Source: Frankia sp.
GTDB taxonomy: Bacteria > Actinomycetota > Actinomycetes > Frankiales > Frankiaceae
DNA length: 44,760 nucleotides
Assembly: GCA_019689615.1 (NCBI GenBank)
Contig: JADGHD010000001.1
Coordinates: forward strand, 1 to 44,760
Direction of reading: 5' to 3'
Positions 18,438 through 27,117 of this stretch are shown piece after piece. The position numbers and the translations under genes are program-made. The notes under the pieces were generated by a model. The model saw nothing but the letters and a program-made list of their open reading frames with translations, did no database searches and was not told the origin of the DNA. How positions within the stretch are numbered: the first letter of the stretch is position 1; each line of letters begins with the position of its first letter.

Positions 18438-19535
18438 CTAGCCGCCGGCGGCCGGCGGGAGCGCGGTGATCAGGCCGGCGACGTCCTCCAGGGCACGCAG
18501 CGTGTCGTTGAGGTGGGTGCAGGTGGTCGGGCCGACGAAGGTGTCCCGCACCGCCTGGCGGATGCCGACGACCGGCAGCCCGGCCAGCCGGCCGGCGCTC
18601 GCCACCGCGCCGGGGCACTCGGGCCAGGGCAGCGCGCCGATGTCGGCCTCGCAGGACACGAAGGTGCCTGCGGCCGGGTCGACCGTGGCGCGGACGGTGT
18701 ACTCGTGCACCACGGTCTCGCTGCCCCACTCGTCCATGTGGCTGTCCCGGAACAGGCACTCCACCGCCGCGAGCCCACCCTCGCGCCAGACGTCGAGGCG
18801 GCGCCAGCGGCGCATCCCGTGCGGCGGTAGCGCCTCGGTGTCGTGCCAGGCCAGCGGGTCGTCGTCGCGGTGCAGCGGCGGAGCCGGCGGCCCGAACGGC
18901 GTCGGGGGGATGCCGCGCTCGTCCATCCGGGACAGGATCGTGCCGCCGGTGACCCAGCCGGCGCACAGGTCGGGGTACTGCCGCGGCCGGGCGCCCGGGC
19001 GCGGCGGCGGGGGGGGCGGGGCGAGGCCGGCCGCCTCGGCGGAGCCGGCGCGCAGCGCGCCGGCCCGCTGGAAGGCGTAGCCGCTGACCAGCAGCGCCGT
19101 CGGCAGGTCGTCGAGGAGCTGGTGGCGGATGCCGTGCCGGGCGCGCTCCGCCGGCAGCGCCGCCGCGGCCGCCGCCCGGAACCCGCTTGCCACCGACCGG
19201 CCGACGAGCCCGTCGAGCGCCGGGTCCGGCGGGTCGGCGCCGAGGCGCTCGAGCATCAGGGCGGGGAACGAGCCGACCTCGCCGGTGAGCCGGGCGGAGG
19301 CGAGCACGGTGGCGCTGCCGTCCGGCTCGGTGCGCAGGTCGCGGCCGCGGGCGTCGAAGACGGTGCCGCCGAGCATTCCCGCTGGTCGGACGGAGTCGTG
19401 GGTGGTGGTCCTGCGGACCGAGCCGTGGCGCCGCGGCGGTGTGCCGGCCACCGGGTCGCCAACGCCGGTGCGCGCTGGTTGGACGGGTGGCCGCGGCACT
19501 GGCGTGGCGGCGCCTGGCTCGCTGTCGAGGGGCAT
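18438..19535 (-). CDS. DUF2889-like protein, apparently with two internal repeat halves
   Basis: C-half RWRRLDVW..FRDS..HEY..PWPECP..GPTTCTHLNDTLRAL. N-half RRTT..RDL..GFR..LLDDLP. Start MPLDSE chosen. Confidence 0.75.
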   Translation of the reverse strand: MPLDSEPGAATPVPRPPVQPARTGVGDPVAGTPPRRHGSVRRTTTHDSVRPAGMLGGTVFDARGRDLRTEPDGSATVLASARLTGEVGSFPALMLERLGADPPDPALDGLVGRSVASGFRAAAAAALPAERARHGIRHQLLDDLPTALLVSGYAFQRAGALRAGSAEAAGLAPPPPPPRPGARPRQYPDLCAGWVTGGTILSRMDERGIPPTPFGPPAPPLHRDDDPLAWHDTEALPPHGMRRWRRLDVWREGGLAAVECLFRDSHMDEWGSETVVHEYTVRATVDPAAGTFVSCEADIGALPWPECPGAVASAGRLAGLPVVGIRQAVRDTFVGPTTCTHLNDTLRALEDVAGLITALPPAAGG

Positions 19536-19596
19536 ATCAGTTGCCTTACCAGCCCGGCCGGTCAGACGCTTGCCCGGCGAGGCCCGGCCGGTCCGC

Positions 19597-19653
19597 GAGA
19601 GGCTCGTTCTGATGATCAATACTTGCGTTCTCGAACATCAGAACCGTATTCTG
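19597..19653. promoter_or_regulatory. Array of three operator-like 15-mers with exact 21-bp period
   Basis: GAGAGGCTCGTTCTG (19597), AATACTTGCGTTCTC (19618) and CAGAACCGTATTCTG (19639) in the divergent promoter region. Confidence 0.7.
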
Positions 19654-19679
19654 CGGCGGACCGGCAGGGAGGCGTACCG

Positions 19680-20981
19680 ATGGCATGGGACTTCGAGACC
19701 GACCCCGAGTACCAGAAGAAGCTCGACTGGGTTGACGCGTTCGTCCGGGAGGAGTGCGAGCCACTCGACCTCGCCTTCCCGGGCCGGCAGTTCGAGCCGC
19801 TGGACGACACGCTCCGTAAGATCGTCAACCCGCTGAAGGAGGAGGTCCGCCGGCAGGGCCTCTGGGCGACCCACCTGGGCCCCGAGCTGGGCGGCCAGGG
19901 CTTCGGCCAGCTCAAGCTGGCCCTGCTCAACGAGATCCTCGGCCGCTCGCAGTGGGCGCCGATCGTGTTCGGCTGCCAGGCGCCGGACACCGGGAACGCC
20001 GAGATCATCGCGCACTTCGGCACCCCGGAGCAGAAGGAGAAGTACCTGCAGCCGCTGCTCGACGGCGAGATCTTCTCCTGCTACTCCATGACCGAGCCGC
20101 AGGGCGGCGCCGACCCGACGCAGTTCACCTGCCGGGCGGTCAAGGAGGGCGACCAGTGGGTCATCAACGGCTGGAAGTACTTCTCCTCGAACGCCAAGAC
20201 CGCCAGCTTCTTCATCGTCATGGTGGTCACCAACCCGGACGTGAGCCCGTACCGGGGGATGTCGATGTTCCTGGTGCCCGCCGACACCCCGGGGATCAAC
20301 ATCGTCCGCAACGTCGGCCTGTTCGGTGAGCCGATCAACGAGGGCGCGCACGCCCTCGTGCACTACGAGGACGTCCGGGTGCCGGAGTCGGCGCTGCTCG
20401 GCGGCGAGGGCCAGGCGTTCGCGATCGCGCAGACCCGCCTCGGTGGCGGCCGGATCCACCACGCCATGCGCACGATCGGCCTGGCCAAGAAGGCGCTGGA
20501 CATGATGTGCGAGCGCGCGCTGTCCCGGAGGACGGCCGGCAGCCTGCTGGCCGAGAAGCAGTTCGTCCAGGGGATGATCGCGGACTCGTACGCCCAGCTG
20601 ATGCAGTTCCGGCTGTTCGTCCTCTACACCGCCTGGGAGATCGACAAGTACCAGGACTACAAGCGGGTCCGCAAGGACATCGCCACCGCCAAGATCATCA
20701 TGCCGACCGTGCTGCACGACATCGCCTGGCGGGCGATGCAGATCCACGGGGCGCTCGGCACCACCAACGAGATGCCGTTCTTCCAGATGATCCACGGCGC
20801 CGGCGTGATGGGCCTGGCCGACGGGCCGACCGAGGTGCACAAGATGACCGTCGCCAAGCAGGTCCTGCGCGACCACCGGCCGCACGACGGCATGTGGCCC
20901 TCCGAGTGGCTGCCCGCCAAGCAGGAGGCGGCCAGGGCACGTTACGCCCAGTACCTGGAGCACGAGGTGGGGAACCTGTGA
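19680..20981 (+). CDS. Acyl-CoA dehydrogenase, ACAD10/ACAD11/LvaC-type
   Basis: QAPDTGNAE, SMTEP, AQTRLGGGRIHHAMR and LADGPTEVH (Asp-type C-terminal motif). GGGAGG RBS. Confidence 0.9.
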   Translation: MAWDFETDPEYQKKLDWVDAFVREECEPLDLAFPGRQFEPLDDTLRKIVNPLKEEVRRQGLWATHLGPELGGQGFGQLKLALLNEILGRSQWAPIVFGCQAPDTGNAEIIAHFGTPEQKEKYLQPLLDGEIFSCYSMTEPQGGADPTQFTCRAVKEGDQWVINGWKYFSSNAKTASFFIVMVVTNPDVSPYRGMSMFLVPADTPGINIVRNVGLFGEPINEGAHALVHYEDVRVPESALLGGEGQAFAIAQTRLGGGRIHHAMRTIGLAKKALDMMCERALSRRTAGSLLAEKQFVQGMIADSYAQLMQFRLFVLYTAWEIDKYQDYKRVRKDIATAKIIMPTVLHDIAWRAMQIHGALGTTNEMPFFQMIHGAGVMGLADGPTEVHKMTVAKQVLRDHRPHDGMWPSEWLPAKQEAARARYAQYLEHEVGNL

Positions 20982-22042
20982 GCGCGACGAGCGAGCAGCA
21001 GGCGGCGCCGACGCTCGACGTCGGCCGGCTGGCCGCCTGGATGGACGACAAGGGGCTGGGGGACGCCGGCGCTCCGCTGGAGCACAGGTTCCTCTCGGGC
21101 GGCTCGCAGAACCTCATCTACCTGCTGAGTCGGGGCGACTTCCGGTGCGTCATCCGGATCCCGCCGCGCAACGCCCCGGCGGACCGGGACAACGGGATCC
21201 TGCGCGAGTGGCGGATCATCGAGGCGCTGGACGGTTCCGACGTGCCACACACGAGGGCGGTCGCCGTGTGCACCGACTCCTCCGTGCTCGGCCGGCCCTT
21301 CTACCTGATGGGCTATGTCGACGGCTGGTCGCCGATGAACATGCCGGACCGGAAGTGGCCGGAGCCGTTCTACAGCGACCTGTCCGCGCGGGCGGGCCTG
21401 GGCTACCAGCTCGCCGAGGGCATCGCGCTGCTGTCGAAGGTCGACTGGAAGGCCAAGGGCCTGCACGGCCTCGGCCGGCCAGACGGCTTCCACGAGCGCC
21501 AGGTCGACCGGTGGACCAGCTTCTACGCCAAGATCAAGGGCCGCCAGCTCGAGGGGATGGACGTGGCCACCGAGTGGCTGCGCGCCCATCGCCCGCTCGA
21601 CTACGTCCCCGGTCTGATGCACGGCGACTACCAGTTCGCCAATGTGATGTTCGCACACGGAGCACCGGCGCGGCTGGCGGCGTTGGTCGACTGGGAGATG
21701 GGTACCGTCGGCGACCCGAAGGTCGACCTCGGCTGGATGCTGATGAACTGGCCGGACGACCCCTCCAGCGAGGAGGCGTCGACGGGCAGCTACGTGGACA
21801 TGCGCGGCATGCCGCGCCGCGAGCAGGTGCTCGAGCACTACGCCAAGGTTTCCGGGCGCCAGGTCGACGACATCGACTATTACTTGATTCTGGCCAAGTG
21901 GAAGATTGCGATCGTCCTGGAGCGCGGCTTCCAGCGGGCCGGCGACGACCCGAAGCTGCTCGCGTTCGGACCCATCATCGAGCAGACCATGAGGGACGCC
22001 GCGGAACTCGCCGAGAGCACGGACTACGACCACAGAGGATGA
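20978..22042 (+). CDS. APH/choline-kinase-family phosphotransferase (ACAD10/11 kinase domain / LvaA-like)
   Basis: SGGSQN, REW, GRPFYLM, HGDYQFAN, DWEM.TVGDP..DLG. GTGA overlap with the ACAD. Confidence 0.9.
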   Translation: MSATSEQQAAPTLDVGRLAAWMDDKGLGDAGAPLEHRFLSGGSQNLIYLLSRGDFRCVIRIPPRNAPADRDNGILREWRIIEALDGSDVPHTRAVAVCTDSSVLGRPFYLMGYVDGWSPMNMPDRKWPEPFYSDLSARAGLGYQLAEGIALLSKVDWKAKGLHGLGRPDGFHERQVDRWTSFYAKIKGRQLEGMDVATEWLRAHRPLDYVPGLMHGDYQFANVMFAHGAPARLAALVDWEMGTVGDPKVDLGWMLMNWPDDPSSEEASTGSYVDMRGMPRREQVLEHYAKVSGRQVDDIDYYLILAKWKIAIVLERGFQRAGDDPKLLAFGPIIEQTMRDAAELAESTDYDHRG

Positions 22043-22049
22043 CTGTCTG

Positions 22050-22889
22050 ATGACCGCCAGCCCCACTGGGACCACCGGGAACGACGAGGCCGAGCTGGTA
22101 ACGGAGAGGTCGGGCTCGACGCTGATCGCCCGGCTGAACCGCCCGGCGGCGCGTAACGCGCTCACCCCGAACCTGATCGCCGGCATTGGCGCGGCGGTCG
22201 TGGAGGCCGAGTCCGACCCGGAGATCCGTGCCCTGATCATCACCGGGACCGGTGACCGGGCGTTCTGCGCGGGAATGGACCTGAAGGCCTTCTCCAGCGG
22301 TACCGGCTTCAACCTGACCGGCGACGAGGACGAGGAGGCCAAGGCGGCCCGCGAGGCCAACATGTCCGGCTACAACCGGCTGGCCGAGGGCACAGCGGGC
22401 GTGCCGGTGATCTGCGCGGCGAACGGCACCGCGGTCGGTGGCGGCTTCGAGCTGCTGCTGTCCTGCGACCTGGTCGTCGCCTCGTCGGCGGCGAAGTTCG
22501 GCCTGCCGGAGGTCAGGCGCGGCCTGATCGCCGCCGGCGGCGGCATGATCATGTTGGGCAACCGGCTGCCACGGGCCCTGGCGATGGAGTTCTCGCTCGT
22601 CGGCGACTACATCGACGCCAGCCGCGCGCTCGAGCTCGGCCTGGTCAACCAGGTGGTGGCGGCGGACGAGGTGCGCGGCGCGGCGGTCGCGCTGGCCGAG
22701 CGGATCGCCGAGAACGGCCCGCTCGCCGTCTCCGCCACCAAGGAGCTCGTCCAGATCGCCACCAACGACGCGCCGGCCGCCACCCGCCGGCTTCGCGAGG
22801 TCCAGGGCTCGATCTTCGGCAGCGAGGACGCCAAGGAAGGCGCGATGGCGTTCATCGAGAAGCGCAAGCCGATCTGGAAGGGCCGGTGA
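22050..22889 (+). CDS. Enoyl-CoA hydratase (crotonase), canonical two-Glu type
   Basis: NRPAARNAL, AFCAGMDL, GGGFE, FGLPEV, EDAKEGA.AF.EKR.P.WKG. Confidence 0.92.
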   Translation: MTASPTGTTGNDEAELVTERSGSTLIARLNRPAARNALTPNLIAGIGAAVVEAESDPEIRALIITGTGDRAFCAGMDLKAFSSGTGFNLTGDEDEEAKAAREANMSGYNRLAEGTAGVPVICAANGTAVGGGFELLLSCDLVVASSAAKFGLPEVRRGLIAAGGGMIMLGNRLPRALAMEFSLVGDYIDASRALELGLVNQVVAADEVRGAAVALAERIAENGPLAVSATKELVQIATNDAPAATRRLREVQGSIFGSEDAKEGAMAFIEKRKPIWKGR

Positions 22890-23929
22890 CCCAAACCTCG
22901 CCGGGCCCGGCGAGCGCAGCCGCCGGGCGCGGCTCGATGCGCGCGGCGCTGTGCCGCGAGTACGGCAGCCCGGACGTGGTCCGGGTCGAGGAGGTGCGGC
23001 TGCCCGAACCCGGCCCGGGCGAGGTCAGGGTCCGCGTCGGCGCGGCAGCGGTCAACTTCCCGGACGTGCTGCTGATCGCGAACCGCTACCAGATGACCGT
23101 GCCGACGCCGTTCGTCCCCGGCAGCGAGTTCGCCGGGGTCGTCGACGCGGTCGGCGACGGCGCGGTGGACGGGACCGGCCGGCCGCTGGCGGTCGGCGAC
23201 CGGGTGTTCGGCACCACGATGATCGGCGCGTTCGCCGAGCAGGTCGTGGTCGGCGGCTCGTCCGTCCGCCCGGTCCCCGCCGGCGTGGACGACGCGGCCG
23301 CCGCGGCCTTCGGGGTCGCCCACCGCACCGCCATGTACGCGCTGCGCACGGTTGGCGGGCTCGCGGCGGGGCAGCGGCTGGTGGTGCTCGGGGCCGGCGG
23401 CGGCGTCGGGCTCGCCGCCGTCCAGCTCGGCGCGGTCCTCGGCGCCGAGGTCGTCGCGGTGGCCTCGGCGGACGACAAGCTCGCCGTGGCCGCGGCGAAC
23501 GGCGCCAGCATCCTGATCAACTACAGGGAACGGGACCTGCGCTCGGCGCTCAGGGCGGAGGTCCCGGACGGGGTCGACCTGGTCGTCGACCCGGTCGGCG
23601 GCGCGCTGTCCGAGCCGGCGCTGCGCGCGCTGCGCTTCGGCGGCCGGTTCGTCACGGTCGGCTTCGCCTCGGGGGAGATCCCGCGCATCCCGCTCAACCT
23701 GGTGCTGCTCAAGGGAGCGCACGTCCTCGGCTTCCAGATGCGCGACATCATGGCCCACCTGGCCGCCGAGGCCGAGCGCGACGACGCGGAGCTGACCGAC
23801 CTGCTCGCCGCCGGGCGGGTCCGCCCGCACATCGGCGCCACCTTCCCACTGGACGACGTGGTCGCCGCCCTGCGTCACGTCGGCGACGGCAAGGCCATCG
23901 GCAAGACCGTCCTCACGCTCGCCGGCTGA
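22886..23929 (+). CDS. Zinc-independent MDR oxidoreductase (NADPH:quinone/enoyl reductase-like)
   Basis: VNFPD, PFVPGSEFAG, GAGGGVG, DPVGG, GFASG, GK.VL. No zinc ligands. Alternative ATG start at 22937. Confidence 0.9.
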   Translation: MTQTSPGPASAAAGRGSMRAALCREYGSPDVVRVEEVRLPEPGPGEVRVRVGAAAVNFPDVLLIANRYQMTVPTPFVPGSEFAGVVDAVGDGAVDGTGRPLAVGDRVFGTTMIGAFAEQVVVGGSSVRPVPAGVDDAAAAAFGVAHRTAMYALRTVGGLAAGQRLVVLGAGGGVGLAAVQLGAVLGAEVVAVASADDKLAVAAANGASILINYRERDLRSALRAEVPDGVDLVVDPVGGALSEPALRALRFGGRFVTVGFASGEIPRIPLNLVLLKGAHVLGFQMRDIMAHLAAEAERDDAELTDLLAAGRVRPHIGATFPLDDVVAALRHVGDGKAIGKTVLTLAG

Positions 23930-24389
23930 GGCGACGCCCGGGCGGCGCCCATGGCGTGCCGCCCGGGCCGCCGCGCCCCCGCCGGCCGAGCCGCACCGGG
24001 GTGCCGCCCCGTGCCCGAGCGATGACCGGCCGCGAGAGCCGGGCACGGCAGGCGCGCGGGCAGATCGCCGGGGGAGCGGGCGCTGGCCACGCCTACCCCG
24101 CTACCTACGGACGGAGCGCGCCCGCGCTGCCAGTTCCGCTCACGGCATGCGCGGGCCGGCCGAGATCACCGCCGCTCGTCCGCGCGCGTCCCGAACACGC
24201 CTCGGTACCGCCTCCCGGTCATGACACGCCGTTTCCTGGCTGCCCGCGACTGAACAGACAGGCAGTGTGTCGCAGGTGCGCGCGCTGGTGGGTGGGTCCG
24301 TTGCGCCACGGGCAGGGGCGCTGCGGCGACGCCCATCGGAGCGGGCGCGCGGTGTGCCGTTGACTGAATATCAGATCGTGAACTGACTT

Positions 24390-24406
24390 TATGCCCAGCA
24401 GGCATA
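24390..24406. promoter_or_regulatory. Palindrome TATGCC-N5-GGCATA upstream of solute-binding protein 1
   Basis: Perfect 6-bp arms. A 13/16-identical copy lies upstream of the paralogous SBP (31886-31901, minus strand). Confidence 0.5.
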
Positions 24407-24465
24407 GCCGCATTTGTGGTCTTGCGGGCGCGTGACGCCCTCGAAACAATGCGGCAACTCAGGTA

Positions 24466-25731
24466 TTGGGGGCATCGGAATTGACGACGCTATTCTTACG
24501 CCGCCCCGCGGGCGCGGCCATGGCCACCGGTGCGCTGATCCTGGCGGCCGGACTCGTAGCCTGCGGGGGCTCTGGTTCGGGCGGGCCAGTCGGCACGACG
24601 AGCTGTCCACCAGCTCCGGGTGTCACGCCGGACCAGATAAGGATCGGGATGGTGTTCTCGGACACCGGGATCGGCTCGCAGCAGTACCTCGCCTTCCGCG
24701 CCGGCGCAGACGCCAGGATCCAGGTGATCAACGCGAACGGCGGGATCAACGGCCGGCGGGTCACCTACGACTGGCGCGACGACGGCGGCGACCAGTCGCT
24801 CAACCTGAGCGCCGCCACCGACCTGGTCGAGGAGGTCGGCGTGCTGGGCATTCTGCAGGCGCCCGGCACCGGGCCCGGCTCAGCCGCATACCTCGACGAG
24901 AAGCGGGTGCCGGTCACCGGGTTCGGCAGCGACCCGGACTGGTCCCGGCACGACAACATGTTCTCCTGGCTCTACCTGGGCGAGGACGCCGCTACCACCT
25001 GGGGCGACTTCATCCGCAGCAGGGGCGGAACCCGGGCGGCGGTGTTCAACGTGGAGCTCAACGCCTCCGGGGTCACGTTCAACGCCCAGTACCTCGCCGG
25101 GCTGCGGGCGGCCGGGGTGGAGATCGTGCAGGGGAACTGGGGCATCACCCCCCAGCTCACGAACCTCGCGCCGATGATCGAGCGGATGCGCGCGGAGCGG
25201 GTGGACACCATCGCCGGCGTGATCACACCGCCGGACCTCGCCCGGCTGCTGCCGGCGCTGCGCGAGGCCGGAGTGGAGATCAAGGTGGCGCTGCTGCTGC
25301 TCGGCTACAGCGGGAGCACGCTGCACGACTACGGCCAGGCGCTCGCTGGCTCCTACATCTCCATCAGCTTCCAGCCGTTCGAGAACACGGCGGTCCACGC
25401 CGAGATGCAGGCGGCGATGCGGCAGTACGAGCCGCACATCCAGCCGCCCACCCAGGACTCCGCGGTCTGGGGCTGGCTCGCCGCCGACCTGCTGCTGCGC
25501 GGCGTGCGCGACGCCGGGGCCTGCCCCACCCGGGACGGCGTGGTCACGGCGTTGAGCCAGGTGCGCGGGTACGACGGCACCGGCCTGCTGCCGCACGCGG
25601 TCGACCCGGCGCCCGACCGCGGCCAGACCAACCTCTGCTACAGCTTCGGCCGGGTCTCCGACGACGGCACCCGGTTCGAGCCGCTGGAGCCGATGTGCGG
25701 CCGCAGGGTCGACCTCACCCCGGACCAGTAG
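24466..25731 (+). CDS. Lipoprotein solute-binding protein (LivJ/Peripla_BP_6 type), orphan
   Basis: Lipobox LVAC, PGVT..QIRIG, INA.GGINGR.V....RDD. Start uncertain (TTG 24466/24481 or ATG 24520). Confidence 0.88.
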   Translation: MGASELTTLFLRRPAGAAMATGALILAAGLVACGGSGSGGPVGTTSCPPAPGVTPDQIRIGMVFSDTGIGSQQYLAFRAGADARIQVINANGGINGRRVTYDWRDDGGDQSLNLSAATDLVEEVGVLGILQAPGTGPGSAAYLDEKRVPVTGFGSDPDWSRHDNMFSWLYLGEDAATTWGDFIRSRGGTRAAVFNVELNASGVTFNAQYLAGLRAAGVEIVQGNWGITPQLTNLAPMIERMRAERVDTIAGVITPPDLARLLPALREAGVEIKVALLLLGYSGSTLHDYGQALAGSYISISFQPFENTAVHAEMQAAMRQYEPHIQPPTQDSAVWGWLAADLLLRGVRDAGACPTRDGVVTALSQVRGYDGTGLLPHAVDPAPDRGQTNLCYSFGRVSDDGTRFEPLEPMCGRRVDLTPDQ

Positions 25732-25739
25732 CGGGGCTG

Positions 25740-25764
25740 GGCCACCCCGGACGACGGGGTGGCC
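25740..25764. terminator. GC-rich hairpin between convergent genes (likely bidirectional terminator)
   Basis: GGCCACCCCG-GACGA-CGGGGTGGCC, 10-bp perfect stem just after the SBP stop. Confidence 0.6.
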
Positions 25765-25803
25765 CCCCACGGCGGGGGCGCCGCGGGGGGCGCCCGTGGC
25801 CGC

Positions 25804-27117
25804 CTACAGGCGGTTGCGGGCGCCGCGCGGCACGTCGCGGAACGGCCGGTCGCGGTCGAACGCCGCCTCCCGCGGCATCCCGAGCACCCGCTCGCTGATC
25901 ACGTTGCGGGCCATCTCGGTTGTGCCGCCGCCGATGCAGCTGACCTGCCGCATCAGGAAGTCGTTGCCGATCTCGGCCAGGGTGCCGTCGCCCTCCGCCC
26001 AGGCGGCGGCGGTCGCCCCGGCCAGCTCGAACGCGATCGTCGTGACCCTGGTCGCGGCGACGCCGGTGAACAGCCGGCCGATGGCGGCCGACTGGTCGGG
26101 CATCCGGCCGGACCGGATGCCCGTGGCGATCCGGCCGGCCAGCGCCTCCCGCGCCAGGTCGAGCACCCTGGCCTCGCCGATCAGGTCGCGGCTGCGCGGG
26201 TTGTCGAGCGTGCCGGCGGCGCGGGCGACGTCGACGAGCATCGCCGGGTTCGTGCCGCTGTAGCCGGTGCCGAGCGGCATGGTGACGAACGGCGAGTTGT
26301 GCAGCATCCGCTCGTGGAACAGCCAGCGGGTCCCGACGGTCCAGCCGCCGTCCACCTCGCCGACCCGGTCGCTGTCCGGCACCCGGACGTCGGTGAGGAA
26401 CTCCTGGCAGAAGTCCTTCAGGCCGTTGAGCATCTCGATCCGGTGCAGCTCAACGCCCTCGGCCCGCAGCGGCAGGATGAACACCGTCAGGCCCCGGTGC
26501 TTGGGCACGTCCCAGTTGGTGCGGGCCAGGCACAGCGCCCAGTCCGACCACCAGGCGCCGGTCGTCCAGATCTTCGAGCCGTTGAGCACCCACTCGTCGC
26601 CCTCGCGCACCGCGGTGGTGAGCGCTCCGGCGACGTCCGAGCCGCCGGACGGCTCGGACAGGAACTGCATCCAGATCTCCTCGCCGCGCAGGATCCGCGG
26701 CAGGTGGCGGCGCTTCTGCTGCTCGGTGCCGCACTCCAGCAGCACCGCGGCGCACGGCGAGAACGTCGGCGCCTGCAGCCGGCCCGGGTACTCGTAGCCG
26801 ACGATCTCCTCGTTGAACACCCGCTGGTGCGCCGGGGTCAGGCCGCGGCCGTGGTACTCCTCCGGGAAGCACAGGCCGGCGAAGCCGTGGTCGTAGAACA
26901 GCCGCTGGACCTCGCGCTCCCGGGCGACCGCGGCCAGTTCCTCCTCGTCGGACAGCTTCGGCCGCATCAGCCCGAACCGCTCCTCCGGCTCGATCGCGCG
27001 CAGGTTCTCCCGGATGAAGGCGCGGGCCCGGCGCCGGAAGCTGTCCAGGTCGCGGTCCGCGGCGAGCTCGGCGGCGCTGACCGCCGACCCGGGCCGCGGC
27101 TCCTGCTCGCTCGTCAT
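25804..27117 (-). CDS. Acyl-CoA dehydrogenase, alpha-type subunit
   Basis: WMQFLSEPSGGSDVAG, NGSKIWTTGA, FCQEFLTDV, LFHER, CIGGGTTEMARN. Confidence 0.92.
   Translation of the reverse strand: MTSEQEPRPGSAVSAAELAADRDLDSFRRRARAFIRENLRAIEPEERFGLMRPKLSDEEELAAVAREREVQRLFYDHGFAGLCFPEEYHGRGLTPAHQRVFNEEIVGYEYPGRLQAPTFSPCAAVLLECGTEQQKRRHLPRILRGEEIWMQFLSEPSGGSDVAGALTTAVREGDEWVLNGSKIWTTGAWWSDWALCLARTNWDVPKHRGLTVFILPLRAEGVELHRIEMLNGLKDFCQEFLTDVRVPDSDRVGEVDGGWTVGTRWLFHERMLHNSPFVTMPLGTGYSGTNPAMLVDVARAAGTLDNPRSRDLIGEARVLDLAREALAGRIATGIRSGRMPDQSAAIGRLFTGVAATRVTTIAFELAGATAAAWAEGDGTLAEIGNDFLMRQVSCIGGGTTEMARNVISERVLGMPREAAFDRDRPFRDVPRGARNRL

Noticed and set aside
20978-22042. Aminoglycoside resistance gene
   Set aside because: APH fold, but coupling to an ACAD10/11-type dehydrogenase indicates an acyl-CoA kinase.
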